Shown: positions 53,391 to 62,569 of the stretch, piece by piece
Position numbering within the stretch: position 1 is the first letter of the stretch
Layout: each line of letters begins with the position of its first letter
Source: an uncultured delta proteobacterium
Lineage (GTDB): Bacteria; Desulfobacterota; Syntrophobacteria; BM002
NCBI GenBank assembly: GCA_963712115.1
Contig: CAVQGX010000020.1
Coordinates: 128,001-192,000 of the forward strand
DNA length: 64,000 bases
Reading direction: 5' to 3'
Notes under the pieces: generated by a model
Database searches by the model: none
What the model was told of the DNA's origin: nothing
What the model saw: the letters and a program-made list of their open reading frames with translations, nothing else
Made by a program: the position numbers and the translations under genes

Positions 53391-54161
53391 TTAGGTCCCC
53401 ATGTTTCGACAGAGTATGGTGGTGCTCAGTAGCCGCCGTCTCCGGTTGTCGCTCTGAGCTGCTAATATCTCATCACCCTGTTGGTTGTCATATGCGGCCG
53501 TGCCGGGAAAGCTCCTATCAATATTACCCGTTCTCGCTACAACTGATATCTCAATTGACCTGATCGAGTCGATGTAAGGTAAATTTGTCGCTGCATATAG
53601 AGCAGTAGGGTTGGCAATGACGTTGAGAGTGATATCAGTGCCGCTGGGATCGAGATAGACGAAATCGAGTGCATCGATATTGTCGGCCACAGTGTGCCAG
53701 GTATCATCACTCACCCTGAACTTTTGCAGCGTATTGGTAGCGTTATCCAGCCGGTAGGCAATCTGTTCATCATTGTCTTCTAGGTCGATGGCCCCATTTG
53801 CATTCTCATCGATGGTGAAGGCAATGTTGGTTGAGTCGGTTGTGGTTTCCCCAACGCCGTCGTCTGGCAGCTGGGTAAGAAAACCCCCCACATTGGGCGA
53901 GCGTTGCGGGTTGAATCCCGCCATCCTCAAGTCCCTCGCTATCTGGTAAAGAGATGCCCGGAGGTTCTGCTGCATTTCTGCCACCTGTTCCTGGGCAACA
54001 TATGTGTCCTGCTGCGATTTGTAGGTCGAGTAGACGGCGGCCATGACAATTCCTACCATGGCCATGGCAACCAAAAGCTCTGTCAAGGTGAACCCCTGTT
54101 GTTTATTTTGTCGGTCTCTTGGGTGCTTTAGAATCATGGTCAACGTTCCTTCGCCTCGCAT
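53391..54161 (-). CDS. pilW: PilW-like minor pilin (cassette B)
   Basis: QG/FTLTELLVAM, MQQNLR, DLRMAG, C-terminal RRRLLSTTILCRN. Confidence 0.87.
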   Translation of the reverse strand: MRGEGTLTMILKHPRDRQNKQQGFTLTELLVAMAMVGIVMAAVYSTYKSQQDTYVAQEQVAEMQQNLRASLYQIARDLRMAGFNPQRSPNVGGFLTQLPDDGVGETTTDSTNIAFTIDENANGAIDLEDNDEQIAYRLDNATNTLQKFRVSDDTWHTVADNIDALDFVYLDPSGTDITLNVIANPTALYAATNLPYIDSIRSIEISVVARTGNIDRSFPGTAAYDNQQGDEILAAQSDNRRRRLLSTTILCRNMGT

Positions 54162-54172
54162 TTAACCCTTGC

Positions 54173-54712
54173 TTATAGTGGTCCATTCAGACTGACTGCC
54201 CCAGCCGCTGATAGCACGACGTTGTAGGTTCTGGGTCCATTGGTCAAAGACACTGTTCCTCCGCCCCCAACGGGTATGCCTCTGGTATTGATCTGAAATG
54301 TGGTTACGGGTGTGGTGGGCGGAGTCAAAGTCACCTTGGATGGCATGGTCATTTCTTTCAAGGTCTGGCCACTAATTATGACCTTGCATTTGCCAACACC
54401 TTTTCCTCCCTCAGTGAACTCTATGGAAGCTGTGGCATTACGTTTGGCCGCCTCTATTTTAGCGAACTGAAAATAGGAGACTACGTTCCTGGCCGTGGCT
54501 CTGAGGTTCATGTTGTCTCGCCACCCAGGGAGGCTAAGAGTTGTGACAGTGGCCAGGATTGCAATAATGGCCATGATGACTATCAGCTCAATAATGGTGA
54601 AACCGCGGCTGTGGTGGTTATGGTCAGTATTTGCCACTAAAAGAGGCTTTGGGAATAATTGCTTCACTTCGTAGCGCTCTAAGATTGCCGAAAAAACTGT
54701 TGCTAATAACAT
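54173..54712 (-). CDS. fimT: FimT/FimU-like minor pilin (cassette B)
   Basis: RG/FTIIELIVIMAII, AKIEAAKRN; ATG 54712 follows GGAGG and lies downstream of the sigma54 site. Confidence 0.8.
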   Translation of the reverse strand: MLLATVFSAILERYEVKQLFPKPLLVANTDHNHHSRGFTIIELIVIMAIIAILATVTTLSLPGWRDNMNLRATARNVVSYFQFAKIEAAKRNATASIEFTEGGKGVGKCKVIISGQTLKEMTMPSKVTLTPPTTPVTTFQINTRGIPVGGGGTVSLTNGPRTYNVVLSAAGAVSLNGPL

Positions 54713-54738
54713 TTCTGGACCCTCCGGCGAGTTATTTG

Positions 54739-54754
54739 AGCAAATTCTGTGCCA
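54739..54754 (-). promoter_or_regulatory. sigma54 promoter of pilin cassette B
   Basis: TGGCACAGAATTTGCT. Confidence 0.78.
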
Positions 54755-55029
54755 TTGAAAAGAAATGTTAGTTGCCAATAAGAAAGAAAGGAGTAAGTTG
54801 AGCGATGTTTCTAAATATCAAGTAATAACAAAACATTACAAAGTCATATCCGAGAAGATCAAATTTCCCTTTGCCCCCGGCCACTGTGGGAAGGGAAGGT
54901 GATTCTTACAATAATTTAATAGTTATTTAACTTTTTTAATAGTAGAACTTGTAAAAATTCCCCTAGATCCCCTCTCCGAGGCGTAGCCTCTGCAAGTCAG
55001 AGGCCTTTACAAAAGGGGTAGATTCTATA

Positions 55030-55335
55030 TAGGGGCGGGGTTTGCCCCCGCCCGTCAGACTTTTAAACCGCAGAATATCGAACAAGGAATATCGAATATC
55101 GAAGTGACCCCTTCATGATTCTGCGGTTTTTTGTTCTGCTGTTCGACCTGCCCGCCATCGTCCGCCTGAGGCGGACTCAGGCGAGGCGGGCGGGTATTCA
55201 ATGGTCTTAGAGTGGGGTTGGGGGAGATTTTTCCGGTTGGCATCAATTGCAGAAACTCGTAGACCCGCAGAATATCGAACAAGGAATATGGAAGTGATCC
55301 CTTCGTGATTCTGCGGTTCCTTGTTCTACATTCGA
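55030..55335. repeat. composite repeat: GTAG-type REP, hairpin element with 48-bp insert, shorter copy without insert
   Basis: AAACCGCAGAATATCGAACAAGGAAT...GTTCGA[insert 55147-55194]TATTCAAT; second copy at 55265-55335. Confidence 0.78.
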
Positions 55336-55339
55336 TTTG

Positions 55340-55654
55340 TTACTTCAGCACTATGATTCTGATGTATTTGATCTTTTCCTTGGTTTTGGCCTTGGGGTCG
55401 AAGGTTTTTTCTCCGATGATCTTAATTTCAGTTCCACCTTTGAGAGCATCAAAACCCAGAATTTCTCCAGACTCGTTTTGAATGGTGATGTCCTCATCAA
55501 ATTGATAGATCTTTCTGTCAACTTCATAGGTGCGAGACTGCGGAGCAAAGTCACCGATGATCCCCTGAATTTCGATGGTCTTGTTGGGTTCTCCCTTGGT
55601 GAAGTTAGGGATAAGCAAGAGGGTCAGGAACAAAAGGAATATATTCTTTTTCAT
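55340..55654 (-). CDS. small exported protein downstream of pilY1 (PilY2-like position)
   Basis: MKKNIFLLFLTLLL signal peptide, upstream AGGAG RBS, beta-rich 104 aa. Confidence 0.6.
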   Translation of the reverse strand: MKKNIFLLFLTLLLIPNFTKGEPNKTIEIQGIIGDFAPQSRTYEVDRKIYQFDEDITIQNESGEILGFDALKGGTEIKIIGEKTFDPKAKTKEKIKYIRIIVLK

Positions 55655-55705
55655 TTAAAAGTACTCCTAGCACAAGTTAGTGCGGAAAAATCTCCATCAG
55701 CACCA

Positions 55706-58700
55706 CTAATCCACGGTCCTCCAGGAGCCAACGCCCCAAAGCTTACCGGTCAGAGTCACGGTCTCAACATATACGGTAGTATCACTCGTCTGCACCATGA
55801 TGCTGGACTGTCCGGTGCCGAGATCCCTGTAGAATACAGGTTTCGAAGGAAGACCGACGCCCAATTCCTTGTATCTTTCTGTGATATTCCCACCACCTTC
55901 AGCCGACAGGGTGGTGACGTCACCTGCGGTGGCAATGAAGCCTGTCTTGTAGTCCACTGCATACAATCTGGCATTCCCTCCATAGCCACAAATGTCCTCG
56001 TTGGGATAAAAGGAGGTGAAAAAGGAAACACCGGCAACCACTACTGATTCCTCCAGCACTCTCTCCCCTGGATCACCTGCTGGATCATCCAGATTGAAAT
56101 ACCAGCCAACACCATCTTTTTTGTCGTTGAAGGCCTGCTGTTCTGCCTCAGTAAGCCCAGTGAGATAGTTGCTGAGTTCTCCCTCGGTTCGCAACGAGGT
56201 AATATCCGCCAAATCACTCGGGTCTAAGGGTGTTACTGGAGCAACGGTGTAGTGGTCGCCATTCAGGTCCTTGGGCAGCTTTGCCACGAATTTCTTCTCA
56301 ATGACGCAATAATAGGTATTTCTGGTGGTGTCGTCTTTATCTTGTCCCACCAGGTATTTCCCAGTGCCGAAGAATATCCTCAAGTTCTGCTGGTCATCAA
56401 AGACAAGGGTTGGCCTGCCGGTGATGGGTTGGCCGCCGGTGTCGAACAACTTGACTTTCTTCCAGAGGGTGTCGTTGTAGTCATAGTAGAACTTCCACAG
56501 TCCACCTTCAGTGTCGCCCGCGTAGATCAAATCGAGATAGCCATCATTGTCGGAATCCACAGCAACAGGGGAAGTTAAGCTGTAGTAGGCGTTCGAACCA
56601 CTCTTGGCCTGGGTGGCCAACTGATTAAATTCCGAATTACCTTCTTTCCAGATGGTTTCCTTAGTGCCGTCGGTGAAGTTCACCGCGGCAATCATTCCGG
56701 TCCTTGAGTCACTTTCATCGTAGCCGGAGGTGATGATGGCGAGCCATTTATCAACCTCTCCACTTTCTCCCTCCAGAGCCTTGACCTTGCCGACAAAGGG
56801 CATGGTGGAGGACTTTCTCCCTGAAAAGAGCACCTTGTCCCAGAGGATGGAAACGGAGTCTGCCGCAGGGTCAGTTATATCGAGGGCGAAGTATTCCTCC
56901 CCTCCTAATCTATTGCCGCCCAGCAAAACGGTTTTCCAACCGGTCCAGTCATTACCGCCGGACTTCCAGGCCACATCGTAAACGTCGCTGGCTGTTGCAG
57001 TTAAATCCACATAGTACTTGTGACAGGCCTCGAGAGTCAGATTGGTCAGGTACTGACGTATGTGTTCTGGAATAAAGGACCAGGCCTCTGAACCGTCGGA
57101 GGAGTTGAAGGCATGGAGCATGCCGTCGTTTGCCCCCACATAAACCATGGTGGATCTATTGAGGTTGTTGCTTTTGAAGGTCTGATAGTCATTCTCCAAG
57201 AAAAAGGATCTCGGGTGACCTACTACCGCCGGGGCGGAATAGATGATATCACCGAGGTACCATCCCTTTCTGTCCCTGTACTTGCCTCCGTCGTTGCTGT
57301 CTTTGCCCCTCAAGAAATCTATGATGTCCTGAACCTCGCTGTCGTCAGACTCTGACCATTCACTGTTCAAGGCATCCACCAGGGTGGGGTTGTCCCTTTC
57401 GAACTCCTGCTTCTTGTCGGTTAACTCAGAGCCAATGTAGGTGAAGATTTCCCGGTCATCGGCACTGTTGAGATCTATCCTGTCGGCCAGGACTTGGCCG
57501 GCCTCCCAAAGGGGAGTTTTTCCATCAAAATAGGGCTGGGTAAAGGCCTCCAGAAAACCCTGCCAGGATAGAGGCAGGAACTTGGCCCTGATTAAGTAGC
57601 TTGCCGATTCGGCGGAAGTTGTTATGGTCGAAACTGCCGTACCGGCAGATATTCGGTTCAGAATATCAGTAATCGCCTTGCTCAGAGCCGAGGTCAGGGC
57701 GTCAGCGCTGTCGGCGGTGAAATAGAGCCCTCCTCCGTTGGCGGCCGTTTGTGCCAGAAGAGTAAAATCAGTAAAAAAACCAACTACATAGGTAACTAAA
57801 TTTTGCTTGCCCTCTATGTCTGAACGCATGTCGTTTTCGTATAAGTATTTTGCCACATCATCGAGATAGGTGGTCTCACCTTCATCGCCTGAAGCACCGA
57901 CATATTTGCGATCTTCGCTTTCCCCGTCGTTGTCGTAGTCACCAATGACATCGGTCACCACGGACCAGTCGTTGTCGTACCAGGGCAAACCGTCGGTAAT
58001 GAAGATAATGAAAGATTGCTGACATTTGTTTTCTATGGGACTGGTTGTATCCAGGTATCTGCCCTGATCGCTGCTATTGGAGGCGATACAGTCGTTGATG
58101 CCGCCAGGCAGGGAGACATAGGCAAAGTAAGTGTAATCCGCATTGCCACTACCATTGCGGTTCCCCCCCAGGGTGACCATGCCGGCATCGAACTGCTTTT
58201 CGTATATTCTCAAGGTCTTGCCCCAGGATGTTGAGACAGTGTTGCTGGTCTGGGTGTAGCTCTCGAGCCAGGTAGGGATGGTCTTGCCGCTCTGGTAGGC
58301 CACGTAGACCTTTGCTGCCACCGGAAGGTTCAAGTCAATGAGGCCAGCGGAAGTGTTGTATTTGTCGCTGAATCTATCGTTATAGGTTCTGATGGCCACA
58401 TAATTTTCAAAGCCGGCGGGCTGAGACGAGATGGTATCGTCGCTGTCTAGCCAGGGCCTTACTCCTGAGGAGAGTGTTCCTGTTCTATAATGACAGCTGC
58501 TCTCGCTGTGATCCGGGTGGTATGGCTTGCTGTAGGCTCCAAAGCCAGAAGGGCCCTTACCCGCTTTTTGGCTGGTGGTGTAAGCGTCGTCAGTGTCCCA
58601 ATCATTGTCGCTGCCGTGGGCCAGGGTGGCGGTTATGGTTGTGGCGGAGACCGCGGTTATGCTCCCATAAGAGCCGTCGGTGGTATTGAAGATCAGATCG

Positions 58701-59287
58701 CCGGTTTCGATGGAGTCGTTGACAAAATCAGCATTTTCGTCTGTCAGAATGGCTGCATCGTCGCTTCCGGTGTGGGAGCCCCCTACCTCAACAGTGGCAA
58801 AGTATTGGCCGGCTGTGGCCAGGGTTTCGGCCAGAACTGTCCAGGTCTGTGGATGACCAGCGTCAGATCCCCAGTCGGCAATATATTGTTTTATCTCACT
58901 TCCCGGGGTGCCAACGGGTTTCAACAGCTTGCCGCCCTGCCTGACGTAAGAGCTCTCTATGCTTATGTTGTCATTTCCCCAGTAATTGGAGCCGTCCATT
59001 CTCATCAAACCGAAGCGCACATTGGGAAAATCATCAATTATTTTGGGCACAACATCTCGGGCAATATTCCAGCGGGACTCACCACTGGGAGTATCACTGT
59101 TCATGGATCCAGAATGGTCCAGAATGATCAGAATATTGGGTTTCCCGGTCTCGGTGGAAGAAAATGGCGGATAGGGGCAGTTGTCCAGAGCTTGCGCATC
59201 TGCGCTGTCGGAGCCAGACACAACCAGTACGAAAAAGAGGCTCAGCAAAAAGGGAAGCAGGATGTATTTTTTCCTCAGTGAAATCAT
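55706..59287 (-). CDS. pilY1: PilY1 tip adhesin A with vWA domain
   Basis: Signal peptide, DHSGS MIDAS and FITDG, LGDIIYSAP, GANDGMLHAF, DSDNDGYLD Ca loop, FFGTG, VQTSD. Confidence 0.9.
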   Translation of the reverse strand: MISLRKKYILLPFLLSLFFVLVVSGSDSADAQALDNCPYPPFSSTETGKPNILIILDHSGSMNSDTPSGESRWNIARDVVPKIIDDFPNVRFGLMRMDGSNYWGNDNISIESSYVRQGGKLLKPVGTPGSEIKQYIADWGSDAGHPQTWTVLAETLATAGQYFATVEVGGSHTGSDDAAILTDENADFVNDSIETGDLIFNTTDGSYGSITAVSATTITATLAHGSDNDWDTDDAYTTSQKAGKGPSGFGAYSKPYHPDHSESSCHYRTGTLSSGVRPWLDSDDTISSQPAGFENYVAIRTYNDRFSDKYNTSAGLIDLNLPVAAKVYVAYQSGKTIPTWLESYTQTSNTVSTSWGKTLRIYEKQFDAGMVTLGGNRNGSGNADYTYFAYVSLPGGINDCIASNSSDQGRYLDTTSPIENKCQQSFIIFITDGLPWYDNDWSVVTDVIGDYDNDGESEDRKYVGASGDEGETTYLDDVAKYLYENDMRSDIEGKQNLVTYVVGFFTDFTLLAQTAANGGGLYFTADSADALTSALSKAITDILNRISAGTAVSTITTSAESASYLIRAKFLPLSWQGFLEAFTQPYFDGKTPLWEAGQVLADRIDLNSADDREIFTYIGSELTDKKQEFERDNPTLVDALNSEWSESDDSEVQDIIDFLRGKDSNDGGKYRDRKGWYLGDIIYSAPAVVGHPRSFFLENDYQTFKSNNLNRSTMVYVGANDGMLHAFNSSDGSEAWSFIPEHIRQYLTNLTLEACHKYYVDLTATASDVYDVAWKSGGNDWTGWKTVLLGGNRLGGEEYFALDITDPAADSVSILWDKVLFSGRKSSTMPFVGKVKALEGESGEVDKWLAIITSGYDESDSRTGMIAAVNFTDGTKETIWKEGNSEFNQLATQAKSGSNAYYSLTSPVAVDSDNDGYLDLIYAGDTEGGLWKFYYDYNDTLWKKVKLFDTGGQPITGRPTLVFDDQQNLRIFFGTGKYLVGQDKDDTTRNTYYCVIEKKFVAKLPKDLNGDHYTVAPVTPLDPSDLADITSLRTEGELSNYLTGLTEAEQQAFNDKKDGVGWYFNLDDPAGDPGERVLEESVVVAGVSFFTSFYPNEDICGYGGNARLYAVDYKTGFIATAGDVTTLSAEGGGNITERYKELGVGLPSKPVFYRDLGTGQSSIMVQTSDTTVYVETVTLTGKLWGVGSWRTVD

Positions 59288-59288
59288 A

Positions 59289-59783
59289 TCAATAGCCTCC
59301 CATATCGAAAACTTTGCCTGCGGTTACTTCAACTTCTGATCGGGCGTTGCCGGGTCCGACCCCAACAGAATTCACCCGGTAATTGAATCTTCTGAAGCTG
59401 GTGCCATAACCCGTCACCGGCGCTGTTCCGGCGAATTCCACCTTTACGAAATATTGAGTGTTAATATCGTTTGCAAGAGGGATACCAACCGTTGCCGCTT
59501 CCTCGAGGCTACCCACAACCGGAGTGAAAGTTGTTCCATCCCAAACCCGGTTGTCAGTAACCCCGGGAAATTGATTGTCCAGCCAGTTCAAACCCCTTTG
59601 CCAGCCGCTTTCGGCTGAGTAAAAGGCCAATTCGTAGAATTTCTCGCTGCCGGCCATCTGAACCTGAACGGTGCTGGTGGTGGTGGCAGAGATGCCCATC
59701 AGGGTGAGTAATACCAGGATGAGCAGGGCAAGCACCAGGGCAGAGCCTTTTTCGTCAGCGCAGATTGAAGTAAGGTATTTCAT
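59289..59783 (-). CDS. pilX: PilX-like minor pilin (cassette A)
   Basis: EKG/SALVLALLILVLLTLMG, AFYSAESG. Confidence 0.85.
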   Translation of the reverse strand: MKYLTSICADEKGSALVLALLILVLLTLMGISATTTSTVQVQMAGSEKFYELAFYSAESGWQRGLNWLDNQFPGVTDNRVWDGTTFTPVVGSLEEAATVGIPLANDINTQYFVKVEFAGTAPVTGYGTSFRRFNYRVNSVGVGPGNARSEVEVTAGKVFDMGGY

Positions 59784-59867
59784 GCTCTTGGGCTTTCTCC
59801 CCCCCTCCCTTGACGATGGTCTTTACACCTATTTGAGACAGTGGGTATTTTCATAATGAAATTTTTT

Positions 59868-60005
59868 AAACCGCAGAATATCGAACAAGGAATGCCGAAT
59901 ATCGAAGTGATTACTTCATGATTCTGCGGTTCCTTGTTCTGCATTCGACCTGCCCGCCATCGTCCGCCTGAGGCGGACTCAGGCGAGGCGGGCGGGATAT
60001 TCAAT
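59868..60005. repeat. hairpin element with 48-bp GC insert
   Basis: Near-identical to 55065-55202; insert at 59949-59996. Confidence 0.8.
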
Positions 60006-60033
60006 GTTCTTGCCTCTCGAGGGGGATTTTCCC

Positions 60034-60524
60034 CTAGCTAAGATCCGTCTTTACAAAATCCAGGTAAATGCGTTTGTCCTTTCCCCTTTCGGTCCAAGTA
60101 ACGATCACTCTCATTCTACTGCTGTTGGCGGCAGGTTCGTTCACTGCCACATTCCAATAAATACTGTATCTGCCATTGACATTCAGTTGCCGAGTCATCC
60201 GCTATCACGTTTCCAACACTCATCCACCGTATCATTCAGACCAAAGTTCCCCCCGTCGTCGTCATTGCCGTCGTTATCTGCATCTTGGTTGGTACCATCG
60301 CCGTCGTCGTCCAAGCCAACGAGAGCGCTGTAAGGCAGGTTCATCAAATCTTCTGCCTTGGCTTGGGCCAGGGTAACTCCCTGTGACAGGTCACTGGCCC
60401 TGGAGTTGGTCTTTATGGCCGTGACCTGCATGGTTGCCACTGCCATGAGACCAAAACCCAAAATCCCCAGGGCAACGAGAACCTCTACCAGGGTGTAGCC
60501 TTCCTCTTTCTTAACTCTTTTCAT
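60034..60524 (-). CDS. pilV: PilV-like minor pilin (cassette A, frameshift near 60210)
   Basis: EG/YTLVEVLVAL; after the indel VNGRYSIYWNVAVNEP...VIVTWTERG...DFVKTDLS-stop parallels cassette-B PilV. Confidence 0.8.
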
Positions 60525-60540
60525 TTCTTCACGCTTTGTC

Positions 60541-61414
60541 TTACAGTGCCATATTTCTGCACCTGACCGTAGTTGTCACCAGATTGCGTCTATTCTGGTC
60601 ATTTCTGGTCATTATCCTGTTACCTACGACGTATGTTTCGGAACGACTGTATCTGCGATCAGATTGCCCTGTTTTGGCGAGGAGCCATATCTTGACTGCT
60701 ACTATTTTGTCTAAATCCACCGGGGCTGGAAGTAGCGTCGCCAGCATCATTGTCGTCGATTAGTCCATCGCCGTTGGTATCGTCGCTAGCATCAATAGCC
60801 CCATCATCGTTGCCGTCAAGTTTCACGTTAAGCCGTTCGTCTGTATCCGAGTCGTCAGCGTCAATAGCCCAGATAATATTCCCACCATCCTCGAAAGCAT
60901 AGGCGAAACCAAGGGCTTCGATGTTTTCGACTACCGTTAGCCATGCATTGTTGTCTACGTCGAATCTCTGGAGATTATTGCCTGCTACTCTAAAGGCAAT
61001 TTGTTCATCGAAGTTTGCATCTAAGACACCATTTCCATTGTCGTCGAGGGTGAAGGCAATACTATTAGAGCCCGTTGAAGTCCTGTCTGGATCACCATCA
61101 CCCAAATCATCACCTGGTAATCTTGCTACAAAACTTGTTACAAAATTTCCAACATTGAGCGTTCTCGTGGGATTATACCCGGCCATCCTAATATCTTTCA
61201 TTAGTACATACTTTGCTATCCGGGCGTTTTGCTGCATTTCTGCGACCTGCTCCTGCAGAAGATAGGAATCCTGTTGGGTCACATAAACCTTGTAGACTCC
61301 GGCCATGACGACGAGGGTAATTGCCATGGCCACCAGAAGCTCAATCAGGCTGTAGCCGTGGCCATAAAACAATTCTTTGCAGCTATGGCGTTTCTTTTCT
61401 AAGGCTGTCCTCAC
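60541..61414 (-). CDS. pilW: PilW-like minor pilin (cassette A, frameshift near 60740)
   Basis: HG/YSLIELLVAM, MQQNAR, DIRMAG; C-terminal RRNLVTTTVRCRNM in ORF 60541..60750. Confidence 0.82.
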
Positions 61415-61460
61415 GAAGCATCCTCAGGTGAAGATTTCAACAACTACCACTCCGTAGATT

Positions 61461-62042
61461 TTATTTTTTACATTCATCTATTGGTTTAGGCCCCTCCAGT
61501 TTCAACCCTCCAGAGGTTTTTTTAAATTTCACCTCATAACACCGCTCATTGTTGGAAACCGTCACTACACCTTCATCATCAGTAAAACTAGAATCAACTG
61601 GAAAACCACGGGAATTGTAGCCAGCCGCATTTGCAGCGAATGTTGTCTTGTCCAGGTTGACATCGACGGGCATTTCGACATACTTCAAGCGCTCCTCAGT
61701 GCCATCCTGCGACCGATTACCAGCATTTCCTCCCGCCCCCGCTCCATTGTCCACAAATATAATGTAGCTACCCGGACTATTCCCAACATCGGGGTAGAAG
61801 TTCAAAGCGATGTTACTGCTGCGCTTGACCGCTTCCAAACGAGCATACTGGAAGTAGGTAAACAGGTCCCTGGCCGCACTTTTCAGCCGCTGGTTGCTTG
61901 CCCAACCCGAAAGGTTGGGAATTGCAACTGCAGCCAGTGCCATCAGAATAGCAATAACGATCAATACCTCGACCGTAGTGAAACCCCCAGGTTGATGACC
62001 TATGCAGTGAACTCCGTCCTTTGTCATAATCATCTGAGCCAC
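61461..62042 (-). CDS. fimT: FimT/FimU-like minor pilin (cassette A)
   Basis: GG/FTTVEVLIVIAIL, ARLEAVKRS, YNSRG. Confidence 0.83.
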   Translation of the reverse strand: MAQMIMTKDGVHCIGHQPGGFTTVEVLIVIAILMALAAVAIPNLSGWASNQRLKSAARDLFTYFQYARLEAVKRSSNIALNFYPDVGNSPGSYIIFVDNGAGAGGNAGNRSQDGTEERLKYVEMPVDVNLDKTTFAANAAGYNSRGFPVDSSFTDDEGVVTVSNNERCYEVKFKKTSGGLKLEGPKPIDECKK

Positions 62043-62078
62043 CAGGGGGCTAGAAATTCTTCACCCTCAAATGAATTG

Positions 62079-62094
62079 AGCAATTTATATGCCA
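62079..62094 (-). promoter_or_regulatory. sigma54 promoter of pilin cassette A
   Basis: TGGCATATAAATTGCT. Confidence 0.75.
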
Positions 62095-62569
62095 GTAGGT
62101 AGAAGCTTTGGATGTTACTGCTGTAAAGCAACTACACATAGCAGAATACGTATGAAAATTCAGGGTGTACGATGTGAGAGCAGCGAGGTTTATTTCCATC
62201 CCGGGCCATTACTTGGCTTCAATAGAGAGCCTAGTGTTATTAAAAAATTTAATAGTAGTTAATTTTTTTGTATTCTATGGAAATGTTTGCGGGATTTTTT
62301 TCATCCCCCTCCGGAATAGCTGAGGCTCATACACCAGGCTTCGGGTATTATAAGGCTTATAGACAGTAATTGTAAACCAACTGCATATAGCCATACCAGG
62401 TAAATCATCTTGACCCTCGCCATGGTTTTGAGGACAATGGCACTGTCTAGTGTCCATCCGGAAACCAGAGATTTCCGGATAGAGCTGCCAGCAGTCAGCT
62501 TAAGCTCTTATTATTATCGTATTTTTAGCTGAATCCTGAGCGCTGAAACCTAAGGAGAACAAGTTCTCA

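Noticed and set aside
55055-55282. Similar short ORFs at 55055..55282 and 59780..60004 as a duplicated small protein
   Set aside because: The similarity comes entirely from the shared non-coding repeat.
55030-55335. Repeated GAATATCGAACAAGG units as a CRISPR array
   Set aside because: No regular repeat-spacer periodicity and no cas genes; these are dispersed hairpin repeats.
4340-61414. Frameshifts in about a dozen genes as pseudogenisation, phase variation or programmed frameshifting
   Set aside because: Small indels hit unrelated genes (rnfD, kinase, pilV, pilW, pilY1), lack long homopolymer or slippery tracts, and include compensating pairs (about 12680-12710). Long-read consensus error is most likely; read polishing would decide.
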